Shown here: one piece after another, positions 8,562-18,800 of the stretch | Numbering within the stretch: the stretch's first letter is position 1 | How the letters are laid out: each line of letters starts with the position of its first letter | Assembly (NCBI GenBank): GCA_030649735.1 | Contig: JAUSFL010000036.1 | Coordinates: 79,283 to 143,282, forward strand | DNA from: Candidatus Iainarchaeum sp. | Lineage (GTDB): Archaea; Iainarchaeota; Iainarchaeia; Iainarchaeales; UBA10191 | Direction of reading: 5' to 3' | DNA length: 64,000 nt | Program-made: the position numbers and the translations under genes | Notes under the pieces: generated by a model | What the model was told of the DNA's origin: nothing | Seen by the model: only the letters and a program-made list of their open reading frames with translations | Databases searched by the model: none

Positions 8562-9563
8562 TCATTTCTTTTTTTTCAGGAAATCCAGCGCTATTTCATT
8601 TATTGAATGCTTTGCAATAGTGAATTTTTCATAGTCTTTAAGGTAAAAGTAAACGCCCAGTTGGAAAAAGTCCTTGCCGACTTTTTCAATGTAGATTTTA
8701 AAAGATGATTTTTTTTCCAATCCTTCAATCCTGCCAGCGCCGGCCTTTTTTTCAAGCAAGGAAACCAGCTTTTTCACGCCAGCCCATGCCGGAACATCAA
8801 TCAAGACTATTGCATTAGAATCGTGGTATGTTCTGGAAAGGTTTGTAATGCGCTGTTTTGCAAACTCGCTGTTGGAAATTATTATTTTGTTTCCATTCAA
8901 GTCTTCAAGCATTGCGCTCCGCAATCCGATTTTTTCAAGCCTTGCAATTTCATCATTGTTGAGCTTTAAGAAATCCCCGTAATAGAACGGTCTGTCAAGC
9001 TGTAATGCCAGGCCTGCAAACAAATTTGCCAAGGTTTCCTGGGAAGCAAGCCCTAAAACCAGGACAGCAACGCTTGTTACTGCCAAGACTCCTGTCAAGT
9101 CAACGCCAATCACTGCCAGGCCTATTGAAATTCCCAATAAGGGGATTACAACACGGGAAATTTTCCTTACAAAAGGCAATAATGAAATGTCCATTTTGAA
9201 TTTTGAAAGCTCATTCCCTTCAACGTAATACCACCGCAATAAGGCCCCAAAAATTTCAGAAAGCATGAAAGAGGCAAGAATGATTATTATTGAAAGCAAG
9301 TATTTTGAAATCGCCTGGCTTATGGCCTGCAAGTTTGCAAAAAGCCCTGAAAGAAAAAACAATGCCAATAGAATGACTATTGTTTGAAGCGGCTTTTCCA
9401 TTGCCTCAATTAGGAAGTCGTCAAGCTTGCTTTTTGTTTCCCTAGTCAGCCTTTTGAAAACTAGCAAAATTGCCTTGTGCAGGAATTTTCCCAGAAAAAA
9501 GCCCAAAAAAGCAATGACTAGGATTTCAAATCCAAAAACCGCAAAATCTACCAGCAAAACCAT
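8562..9563 (-). CDS. Small-conductance mechanosensitive channel (MscS family)
   Basis: TM helices followed by 'GLASQETLANLFAGLALQLDRPFYYGDFLKL', the MscS pore and beta-domain signature. Confidence 0.75.
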   Translation of the reverse strand: MVLLVDFAVFGFEILVIAFLGFFLGKFLHKAILLVFKRLTRETKSKLDDFLIEAMEKPLQTIVILLALFFLSGLFANLQAISQAISKYLLSIIIILASFMLSEIFGALLRWYYVEGNELSKFKMDISLLPFVRKISRVVIPLLGISIGLAVIGVDLTGVLAVTSVAVLVLGLASQETLANLFAGLALQLDRPFYYGDFLKLNNDEIARLEKIGLRSAMLEDLNGNKIIISNSEFAKQRITNLSRTYHDSNAIVLIDVPAWAGVKKLVSLLEKKAGAGRIEGLEKKSSFKIYIEKVGKDFFQLGVYFYLKDYEKFTIAKHSINEIALDFLKKKK

Positions 9564-9624
9564 ACCATGTAACTTAATGTCAAAAGTTTAAAAAACACAT
9601 TATAAAAACAAAATCCTTGACTAA

Positions 9625-11967
9625 TTGATAATGCAGGCAAAAAAGCCAGAATTGATTCTTCCAGCCGGAAATTTCGAGAATTTGAAGGCCGCGGTCTTGA
9701 ACGGCGCAGACTCTGTTTACGGCGGGGCTAAAAAGTTTAATGCGCGCATTCCTGCAGCAAACTTTGCAGAAAACGAGCTGAATGACGGAATAGACTACTG
9801 TCACTTGCATGGAAAGCGCTTTTACCTAACGCTCAACACGCTAATTAAAGACTCGGAACTGGAAGAGGCGATTGGAATTGCAAAAAACGCTTTCGAACTG
9901 GGCGTTGATGCAATAATCTGCCAGGATTTGGGATTAATCAATGCTTTAAGAGAGCTTTTGCCAGAATTGGAAATTCACGCAAGCACGCAAACAACCTGCC
10001 ATAACAGCGCTGGCGCAAAGTTTTTGGAAAACTTGGGGGTTAAGAAAATTGTTCTGGCAAGAGAGCTTTCCCTGCAGGAAATCAAGGAAATCAAAAAAAG
10101 CACAAGTGCAGGAATTGAATGCTTCATTCACGGGGCATTGTGCTTTTCCTACTCGGGACAGTGCCTGTTCAGCAGTTTTGCATTCAATAAGTCTGGCAAT
10201 CGCGGGCGATGCCTGCAGCCTTGCAGGCTAAAGTTCGAGCTTTACTCAAAAGAAGGCATTGAGAAAGGATTTGTGCTTTCAATGAAAGACCTGATGACAA
10301 TTTACGGCATTAAAGAGCTCATTAACGCTGGAATTGATTCTTTCAAGGTTGAGGGAAGATTGAAGGGCATTGCTTACGTTGCGTCAGTCGCGCGCGCCTA
10401 TCGGAAAGCAATAGACTCTTGCTTTGGCAATTCGGAAAGGCCTTCTGAAGAGGATGTAAAACTAATGAAGATTGCATTCTTGCGCGAGGCGACTAAAGGC
10501 TATTTTTTCGAGCAGGAAACAATGACTTTTCCTGAAACTCCAATGAGAAAGGGAGTTCTTGCCGCAAAAGTCATTGGGTTCAAGGGAAGGGCAATCAGGC
10601 TGAAATTGTTTGAAAGCATTTACAAGTGGGACAGGCTCACTGCGTTAAAGGATGATTCTTTGGAAGAATTCAGCGCTGCAAAAATTTTCAGGGATGGAAA
10701 GGAAGTGCCAAAGGCAATCAAGGGAAACGAGATTGTGATTGAAACCGGCGAAAAGCCATTCTTGGAAATTGGGCAGGAATTGTTTTTTACCTCGCACAAG
10801 CTTTTGAAAGACCTGGAGGAAAAGGCATTGTTTGGCGGGAAAAAAGTTTTTTACTCATTGAAAGTTTTTGCAAAAGTGGGGGAAAACTTGAAGGCGATTG
10901 CGGAGTTTGCGGGCAAAAAATCCGAAGTCGAGTTTGACTTCAGGCCAGAGGCCGCAAAAACTTCGGAATTTTCTGAAAAAATGCTCAAAGAACGCCTGTT
11001 CAAAGAGGATGATTTTTTCAAGCCAGTGAAGTTTGAGGCAAAAATTGATGGCAAAATCTTTATTCCAGTAAGCAAGCTCAAGGAATTCCAAAAGGCAATA
11101 ATGGATTCAATGCGCGAAAAATTCTTTGAAGAATTCAGGAAAACTGCCGGAAGCGATTTTGAAGGCAGGATGAAAAGAATGCTTAATTTCAAGGCTCAAA
11201 AAATCGGGAAAGAAAAACGGGAAATCGCGGTTTTTTGCGACAGTGTTGAACAGGCAGGGCTTGCAAAAGAAAACGCGGATTTTATTGCATTCTATGATTG
11301 CGTGGGACTGGAAAAAATAGAGAAATTTGCAAAGGAAAATCCGGCAATAAAAATTTTTGTGAAATCTTCAAACATTCAGTCAGACAAGGAATTGCAAGAG
11401 TTCGAAAAAAACTTTCTGAAAGCAAAAACCCCAATAATTTGCTCTAACCTCGGGGTTTTGCAAAAGGCAATTGAGGCAAAATCAAGGTTTTGGGCTGACA
11501 GGGAATTGAATTGCTTTAATTCATTAAGCGCAAGGCTTTTGGCAGGCCTTGGGGCTGAAAGAATAATTCCTTCTTCCGAATGCTCTTTGCAGCAGCTGGA
11601 AATGATTTCAGAAAAGCAAAAGATCATGCCGCTTGTTTTCCAGTATCCTTTGCTAATGACTTCAAAGGCTTTTGCAAAGAACAGGAAGCCAGGCCGGCTT
11701 GATTTGAAGGACAGGAAAGGATTCGCTTACAGGGCGGTTGTTGAACAAAACGGATTGTTCAGGATTTACAATCCAGTGCCTTTAAGCATGATTTTTGAAG
11801 TTGAAAAATTTGGAGAGTTTTCAGCAATTGGGCTGGATTTCAGGGAAGCCGGCGTGAAAGAAGCCAAGGAAAGCCTTGAGTTCTTGCGTGAAAAGCTTGC
11901 TGGAAAAAGCCCCAGGAAAGAATTCGCGAAATTCACGCGCGGGCATTATTTCAACGAGCTTGAATGA
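9625..11967 (+). CDS. Peptidase U32-family protein (collagenase-like/PrtC family; long C-terminal extension)
   Basis: Conserved U32 N-terminal half: 'ELILPAGNFENLKAA…GADSVYGG', 'HGKRFYLTLNTL' and 'CFSYSGQCLFSSF…SGNRGRCLQPCR'. Confidence 0.75.
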   Translation: MIMQAKKPELILPAGNFENLKAAVLNGADSVYGGAKKFNARIPAANFAENELNDGIDYCHLHGKRFYLTLNTLIKDSELEEAIGIAKNAFELGVDAIICQDLGLINALRELLPELEIHASTQTTCHNSAGAKFLENLGVKKIVLARELSLQEIKEIKKSTSAGIECFIHGALCFSYSGQCLFSSFAFNKSGNRGRCLQPCRLKFELYSKEGIEKGFVLSMKDLMTIYGIKELINAGIDSFKVEGRLKGIAYVASVARAYRKAIDSCFGNSERPSEEDVKLMKIAFLREATKGYFFEQETMTFPETPMRKGVLAAKVIGFKGRAIRLKLFESIYKWDRLTALKDDSLEEFSAAKIFRDGKEVPKAIKGNEIVIETGEKPFLEIGQELFFTSHKLLKDLEEKALFGGKKVFYSLKVFAKVGENLKAIAEFAGKKSEVEFDFRPEAAKTSEFSEKMLKERLFKEDDFFKPVKFEAKIDGKIFIPVSKLKEFQKAIMDSMREKFFEEFRKTAGSDFEGRMKRMLNFKAQKIGKEKREIAVFCDSVEQAGLAKENADFIAFYDCVGLEKIEKFAKENPAIKIFVKSSNIQSDKELQEFEKNFLKAKTPIICSNLGVLQKAIEAKSRFWADRELNCFNSLSARLLAGLGAERIIPSSECSLQQLEMISEKQKIMPLVFQYPLLMTSKAFAKNRKPGRLDLKDRKGFAYRAVVEQNGLFRIYNPVPLSMIFEVEKFGEFSAIGLDFREAGVKEAKESLEFLREKLAGKSPRKEFAKFTRGHYFNELE

Positions 11968-12008
11968 AAGGATTAAAAACAAGAAACCAGTAATTCTTTC
12001 GAAGGCTA

Positions 12009-13769
12009 ATGAATAGGAAGCTGGCGCTGGTTTTTGTTTTTGCAATTTTTCTTTCAGGCTTTGCTTTCGCAAAGTCTTACTATTTACTTAATGTTTCAGT
12101 CGATTACAAGTTCAATGAAGACGCAAGCATTGACGTGACTGAAGACTTGGTTTTCCAATTCAGCGGGCCTTATAGTTTTGCATATCGGGAAATTACCTTG
12201 ACTGGAAGCCAAACTATTGAAGGCTTTCAAGTTTTTGAGAAAACCCAGAATGGGCTTGTTGAATTGACTCCGGAAATTCAGAGTTATCCTTTCAAGGCAA
12301 CCTGGAAATACCGGGCAGTCAATGAAAGCAGGGAATTTGTGCTAAAATACAGGCTGAAAAATATTGTAAAGTCTTACTCTGACTCTTTCGAGTTTTACTG
12401 GAAGATTTGGGGGGACTATTGGGATGCCCCAATCACGCAATTCAATGCAGTGCTTGAGTTTCCAAGGCCACTGGCTGAAGGAAGCAAGGTCTGGGCCCAT
12501 CCAGCACTAAACGGAAGTTGGAATATTGACGGAAAGACAGTCACGATTTCCGCCAGCAATATTCCCGCAAGGACTTTTGTCGAAGCTCGCGTGCTTTTCA
12601 ACAAGGACGTATTGAATGATGTTTTCACTGAAAAAATTTCAGGGCCCGGATTGCAGAAAGTCGAAAATGACGAAAGCACTAATGCTTTGATTTACGGCTC
12701 GACAGGCTTGCTTTGGGCCTGGCCGGTGATTGTGCTTTTGGTTTTGGCTTTCTTTTTTTGGGGGTTTTACAAAAAATACGGAATGGAACCGAAAGTGCAG
12801 GAAACAAAATACCAGCGGGAAATCCCTTTTGCGGACAAGCCATACTTGGTGGATTACTTGATGCATTTGAGAATCACTCCAAATGGAATGAGTGCGACAT
12901 TAATGGACCTAGTGAGAAGAAAGCACATCAAAATTGAAAAAGTCAAAAAGAAGGGAATTCTTGCAGGAATTTTTGGGGGGGAAGACTACAAGCTGACTAA
13001 ATTGCCAAGCGCTGACCTTTTGACAGCGCCGGAAAACTTTTTGATTAATTCAATTTTCAAAAAAAGAGTGGGAAAAGGAATTTTCAATTCAGGCCACCGC
13101 AAATCAGTCGTGGAAATCACTCTTTCGGAAATTGCAGAAACCAATAAAACTGAAACAACTTCACTTTTTGAGGACTGGAAGCAAGTGGCTGAGCAAAACA
13201 TTGAAACAAACAAGACAAAAAACAATTATTTTGACTTTACGGGAAACAAAAAGTTCACGGTTGTTTTAGGTATCTTAATGCTGACAAATTTTATAATATT
13301 ATGGGCTGGAGTCAAAATTATTGCTTTAGCCGCTATTTCGATTGCTGGTTTGGCAGTTTGCGTTGCATTTATTCTCATAGTGGCTATTTTCCCGCGCGCT
13401 TTGCCTTCAATGACACAGCTCGGAGCAGAGCATTACAGCAAATGGAATGCGCTGAAAAGGTTTTTTGACGATTTCAATTACATGAAGGAAAAGACAATTC
13501 CAGACATTGTGCTTTGGGAGCAATACTTGGTTTTCTCGACTGTTTTTGGAAATTCTGAAAAAGTGCTCAAGGAATTCAGGACGCCATTCTCTGCAGAAAT
13601 GCAAAAGCACAATGCTGGATTTTACGCTTTCTCAAGCCCTGCATTTTACAGCGCCTTCAACTCCAGCTTTTCCCAAGCAGGGTTTTCTTCAGCCTCAGCT
13701 TCTGGCTCCGGCGGGTTTTCCGGCGGCGGAGGCGGTGGTGGAGGAGGCGGGGGCGGCGGCGCAGGATAA
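12009..13769 (+). CDS. DUF2207-family membrane protein (signal peptide, extracellular domain, TM region, C-terminal poly-Gly tail)
   Basis: Architecture and the C-terminal 'SGSGGFSGGGGGGGGGGGGGAG' tail are typical of DUF2207. Confidence 0.55.
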   Translation: MNRKLALVFVFAIFLSGFAFAKSYYLLNVSVDYKFNEDASIDVTEDLVFQFSGPYSFAYREITLTGSQTIEGFQVFEKTQNGLVELTPEIQSYPFKATWKYRAVNESREFVLKYRLKNIVKSYSDSFEFYWKIWGDYWDAPITQFNAVLEFPRPLAEGSKVWAHPALNGSWNIDGKTVTISASNIPARTFVEARVLFNKDVLNDVFTEKISGPGLQKVENDESTNALIYGSTGLLWAWPVIVLLVLAFFFWGFYKKYGMEPKVQETKYQREIPFADKPYLVDYLMHLRITPNGMSATLMDLVRRKHIKIEKVKKKGILAGIFGGEDYKLTKLPSADLLTAPENFLINSIFKKRVGKGIFNSGHRKSVVEITLSEIAETNKTETTSLFEDWKQVAEQNIETNKTKNNYFDFTGNKKFTVVLGILMLTNFIILWAGVKIIALAAISIAGLAVCVAFILIVAIFPRALPSMTQLGAEHYSKWNALKRFFDDFNYMKEKTIPDIVLWEQYLVFSTVFGNSEKVLKEFRTPFSAEMQKHNAGFYAFSSPAFYSAFNSSFSQAGFSSASASGSGGFSGGGGGGGGGGGGGAG

Positions 13770-13809
13770 AGATTTTAAACACGCAATTCCTGAATTGAAT
13801 GGTGCCTTA

Positions 13810-14406
13810 ATGATTGGAATTCTTGGGAACGAACTGCAGCTGATAATCCTATTTTTCGTGATTTTTGACCCGCTCGCAAGCCTTGTTGTTTTTTTCACTG
13901 CAACCAAAAGCATGCCTGTTGAAGAAAAGAAAAAGATAGCCGCATTGGCAATCACTGTTGCTTCATGCATTTCGGCAGTGTTCTTGATTGCGGGGGAAAG
14001 CGTGCTTTACTTGTTCAACACAAACATCAACGAGTTCAGGATTGCTGGCGGAATAATTCTCGCAATTTTGGGAGTCAAAATGGCCTTGGGCCAGTCATTG
14101 ACAGACCCTGATTCAATCAAGGACAAGCCGTCAAGGGCGATTGCCGCAATCATTGGAACTCCCTTGATAACAGGGCCTGCCGCAATCACTTCAATAATAA
14201 TTTCAACGCACGATTACGGCTTTTTGCCGACCGCAATTGCAGTGATTACAGTCATGCTTTTGACTGCCGCAATGTTCTATAATGTCTCAAATCACGCAAG
14301 CATTGCAGAAAAAAACCAGACATTAATCAAAGTGCTTTCAACAATACTCGGGCTGATAACCTTGGCTTGGGGCGTCAACTTCATCAGGGTCGGGCTGGGT
14401 TTCTAA
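13810..14406 (+). CDS. MarC-family (UPF0056) integral membrane protein
   Basis: Six-TM protein with 'GNELQLIILFFVIFDPLASL' and 'IIGTPLITGPAAITS'. ORF 13507.. trimmed to the first Met after the DUF2207 stop. Confidence 0.65.
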   Translation: MIGILGNELQLIILFFVIFDPLASLVVFFTATKSMPVEEKKKIAALAITVASCISAVFLIAGESVLYLFNTNINEFRIAGGIILAILGVKMALGQSLTDPDSIKDKPSRAIAAIIGTPLITGPAAITSIIISTHDYGFLPTAIAVITVMLLTAAMFYNVSNHASIAEKNQTLIKVLSTILGLITLAWGVNFIRVGLGF

Positions 14407-14408
14407 AA

Positions 14409-15356
14409 ATGGCCGAATACGTTCTCTGGGCGATTCCCTCGCTTACCTTGATTCTTTGCTCAATCCTGTTCTTTCACTTTTACAAGAAATACGGCGTAGA
14501 GCTTTATTCAGGCCGAGAAATAGTCCAAGTCAAGGAAATTCCATTCAAGGACAAGCCGTACGTTGTGGACTACTTGCTTAATTTGAAGGCCACAACCAAT
14601 GGAATGGTCGCAACACTGATGGACTTGTTCTTAAGAAAGCACATCAAGATAGAGCGGGTTGAAAGCGAAAGCGTTCTCGGAATGATTTTCAAGGGATATG
14701 ACTACAAGCTTTCAAGGCTTGAAAGCAATGGCCCATTGGCCCCAAGCGAGCAGGCCCTTTTGGACCTGATTTTTATTAGGAAAGTCAGGACAGGCTGGTT
14801 TTCAACAAGCAAAATCCCATCCAATGACGTGACTATTTCTGGAATAATATTAAGGCAGGAGCAAGAGGAAACGCCATTAATAGTCGAATGGGCAAGGACT
14901 GCGGAAGCTGAAGTGAGAACAAACCATGTAGTCAATGACTTTTACAATTTCACGGGAGCAAGAAAATTCAAAATGTCGCTTATTGCATTAGAAGCCGCAT
15001 TAATTGCGCTCTTGCTTGCGGGAATTTTCGCCAAGATTCCAGAACTGGCAATAGGCGCTGTTTATTCAATCCCAATAGTGTTCTTATTCCTGCTGATTAC
15101 TGCATTGGCACCCAGGATTCTTTCAAAAATGACTTACTTGGGGGCCGAGCACTACATTAAATGGCTGGGGTACAAGAAATTCCTCACTGACTTCCATTAT
15201 CTGGAAAAGAAAATCCCTGAAGACATCACGCTTTGGGAAGAGCACTTGGTCTATGCCACTGTCTGCGGCAATGCCGAGACTGTCTTGAGGGAATTCAGCT
15301 ATGCGTTTGAAGCGCGCAAGGAGCCAAAAAACCACGCGGTAGTATTCCACCAATAA
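14409..15356 (+). CDS. Truncated paralogue of the DUF2207 membrane/C-terminal module (lacks extracellular domain and poly-Gly tail)
   Basis: 'EIPFKDKPYVVDYLLNLKATTNGMVATLMDLFLRKHIKIERV' is clearly homologous to residues ~265–310 of 12009..13769 ('EIPFADKPYLVDYLMHLRITPNGMSATLMDLVRRKHIKIEKV'), and the homology continues through the TM region. Confidence 0.55.
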   Translation: MAEYVLWAIPSLTLILCSILFFHFYKKYGVELYSGREIVQVKEIPFKDKPYVVDYLLNLKATTNGMVATLMDLFLRKHIKIERVESESVLGMIFKGYDYKLSRLESNGPLAPSEQALLDLIFIRKVRTGWFSTSKIPSNDVTISGIILRQEQEETPLIVEWARTAEAEVRTNHVVNDFYNFTGARKFKMSLIALEAALIALLLAGIFAKIPELAIGAVYSIPIVFLFLLITALAPRILSKMTYLGAEHYIKWLGYKKFLTDFHYLEKKIPEDITLWEEHLVYATVCGNAETVLREFSYAFEARKEPKNHAVVFHQ

Positions 15357-15398
15357 GCGAAAAGCAAGCATTAAAAACAAAAAAGCAATTTTATTCTT

Positions 15399-15884
15399 AT
15401 GGTTCGATTGGAAAGCGAGCTTTGGAAGTTTTCAGAGCTTTGCGAAACCCACAGCATTGAAAAAACCAATGATTTATTGAGCGAAGGCTGGGTTTTGATT
15501 GAAGCCCACGCGCGTGATGGAAAAAAGACATTCCTTTTAGGGAAAGAGAAAATCCATCAGGCCGCAAAACTGGATTTGGACAAGGAAATTGAGGCAGTGC
15601 TTGAAAAGCACGGGAAAAAATACGAGAACTTGGATTTTAACGAAAGCAAAGAAGCAATGGAAGTCAACAGTTCAACAATCAAGTCGTTAATCAAAGGCCC
15701 TGTTTTTTTAGGGCTGGGAATTTACATTTTCTTCCAGTCAGCCCAGAAAAGCCTGCTTCTTTTGGGAAGCGAATCAACTTTGCTGCAGAATGTGCTGTTT
15801 TTTGCGGGCGTGGTTTTAACTCTTGTTGGTTTAATGAATGTTTTAGGATTCATTGCAAAAAAAGAAGGCGGCAAAAATGAATAA
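15399..15884 (+). CDS. Hypothetical protein with soluble N-domain and two C-terminal TM helices
   Basis: ORF with two C-terminal hydrophobic helices. No family recognised. Confidence 0.4.
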   Translation: MVRLESELWKFSELCETHSIEKTNDLLSEGWVLIEAHARDGKKTFLLGKEKIHQAAKLDLDKEIEAVLEKHGKKYENLDFNESKEAMEVNSSTIKSLIKGPVFLGLGIYIFFQSAQKSLLLLGSESTLLQNVLFFAGVVLTLVGLMNVLGFIAKKEGGKNE

Positions 15885-18800
15885 GTCAAGAAAATTCATT
15901 GGAGTGGCCTTGGCTTTTTTTACAATCTTGCTTGCCCAGCTTGTTTTGGCAATTCCAGAGCCGGCAGCTTTGTGGAAGTTTGACGAAAGCTCTGGAAGCA
16001 CTGCCTTTGACACTAAAGGGGCATATAATGGGACTCTTGCAGGCAATGCGTCTTTTGTGGCTGGAAAGTTTGGCAATGCCGCAAGCTTTGACGGAACAAA
16101 CTCTTACATTACTGTAGGAACAGGCAAGTTTGGAATAACCACTGAATTTTCAATGGCTTACTGGATTTTCCTAAAAGGCTCTACTGGAACAAGCCAGGCA
16201 ATAATTGCAAGAAGCGCTTTCACAAGGCCTTTTGTGGCAAACTTGGAAAGCAACTTGAGGCAAAGGTTTGGAGTGAGGACTTCAACAACAAGCTATCTTA
16301 CCGCGACTTCAGCAATTCCATTAAGCCAATGGGTTCACGTTGCATTGACTTTCAAAAGCGGGGAAAGAATAGTTTACATTAACGGCCAGCCAATCACAAC
16401 CGATGCTTGGATTGGAAGCCTGAATTGGGTTTCAGACAATGAAATCACTGTAATTGGAATGAATCCCGGCTCGCCTTACAGCAATCCATTAAACGCAAAC
16501 TTGGATGACTTAAGAGTTTACAATACTGCATTAAGCGCTGCCGAAGTGCAGGAATTGTATTCTGGAATAGTGCAGCCTCCAACATGCACTTTGCCGCAAA
16601 TTCTTTGCGGAGCGAACTGCATTACTCCAGCATGCACTTCAAGCGCGCAGTGCAATGACTCAAACCCAAACACAACAGACACATGCAACAACGCAGGAAC
16701 TTGCACAGCAAACTGCACCCACACTCCAATAACTCCTCCCAGCACAGTTTATGTGGGCGGCGCAGAAGTGAACACTGAGTATGACACTTATGTCACTCCG
16801 CAATGCCTTAGCATTTTAAACACTAAAAGAATTTTAATGGCTGGAAAATCAAACCAGCATTACATGTTCATTGGAACAAGAAGGTTTGATTCTGGAATGG
16901 CAATTGATGAAGGCCCGCAGAATGTTCCTGGCCTGACTAATTATGGGTATGAGCCGTACAATGGCGAAAACATTCCCGCAAACATTTTTTCAGGAATATC
17001 GGGCCAAAAGACAGTGTATTACAGTGTTATAGACTCTTCAAACAGGTATGCTGAATTCAACGCGTTTTTCAGGAACATTCCTTTCAGTGGCAACGGTTAT
17101 ACTTACACTTACAATTTCAGCGATGATGGCGTGGATGCTGCAATGATGGATCCAAGGCTTTGGAGCACGCCGGAAATTTTATACAGTTCATACACAAGCA
17201 CTTTTGACGCTCTTCAAGCAGACTTTCCAGCAATAAAATTCATTTATTTTACGCACATTTATTATGGAAATGACCAGACTTTGCAAGGAATCCCGGAAGC
17301 CTACAATAATATGATTTATCAAAACAAGCTTGGGCAAGTTCCAATTTTTGACTGGGGAGACATTGTTTCAACACAGCAAAGCATTGGGGGAACCACTTGC
17401 ACCAGGCAATTGAACAATCCATTGGCAGCCTGGAATAATTCAGCATGCGTTTGCAAATACACTGACGGTTACAGGCACGGGTGCTCTGGCTATGACGGAA
17501 CTCATTATTCAGATCCTGCAATGGAAGACAGAATGGGCAAAGCATACCTTTTGATGCTCGCAAAATTGTTTTGTACTGCACCGCCAGCAAACAATCCCCC
17601 GATTCTTTCAGCCATTGGAAACAAGACAGTGACTGCTGGCCAGCAATTGCAGTTCACAGTAAGCGCCACTGACCCTGAAAGCAATCCATTGACTTATTCA
17701 GCCAGCAATTTGCCGAGCGGGGCAACTTTTAATTCATCAACAAGGGCATTCTCTTGGACTCCGACAACAACTCAAGCCGGCACTTACAGCAATGTCAATT
17801 TTTCAGTTAGTGATGGGCAGGCAAGCGATTCAGAAGCAATAACCATTACAGTCAATTCCGAAACGCCGCCAACAGGAGAGCAAATTTTCATTTCACAATC
17901 CGGGACTGGAACAGGCGCTTCCTGCTCAAGTCCAAGAAATGCCGCATGGTTCAATACTGCAGCCAATTGGGGAACTGGAGCGGGAAAAATCAGCGCTGGA
18001 GACACAGTGCACTTGTGCGGAGCCATTAATTTCCAGCCATTGCAGGGCGGCTTGAGAATTTACGGCAGCGGGACTGCTGGAAACCCAATAACAGTTTATT
18101 TCGAACCTAACGCAAAATTGAGCGCTCCAGTTTTTGGCGGAGATTACGGAGACAGTTCAGGAGGCGCAATTGACACTAGAAACAACAATTACTTGATAAT
18201 TGATGGCGGAACCAATGGAATCATTGAAAGCACTGACACTGGAATGGTCGGGTATTTCACATATTACAGGCAAAGCTCGACAAATTACAACATTCCGGCA
18301 AACATTGGCGTTGCAATAGGCTATTCAAACAATGTTGAAGTAAAAAACTTGAACATTAATAATTTGTTCCAGTCTATTGGAACAGAACCTTGCGGCTGCG
18401 GCTACACTGACAGAATGGGCGCTGTTGGAAAAAACACTGGGGCAGCGGCATTCAGGTTTTCAAACGCAACCAACATCAAAATTCACCACAACACAGTCAC
18501 AATGGCTGGAATTGGAATTGGCGCGGGAATTTACGGAAACGCAAACATTGAAATTTACAACAATGTATTCCGCAAGATTGGGGCAGCAACTCACATTGGA
18601 GTAAGCGGTGCAACTGCAGAAAAAACTCTTGACATTCATGACAATAGAATTGAAGACACTACTGACTGGGGATATAATGACGGGCTGAAAATTTTCGGAG
18701 ACATGATTCCTTTCAGCGGAATAAAAATCCACAATAACACCATAGGCCCTAACATGAGCAGGACAGGGCATCCTTCAACAGCATGGGTTTTGATTTCTGA

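Noticed and set aside
13507-13809. Upstream part of track ORF 13507..14406 as the N-terminus of the MarC protein
   Set aside because: It overlaps the DUF2207 gene in another frame, and the MarC homology begins at the Met at 13810.
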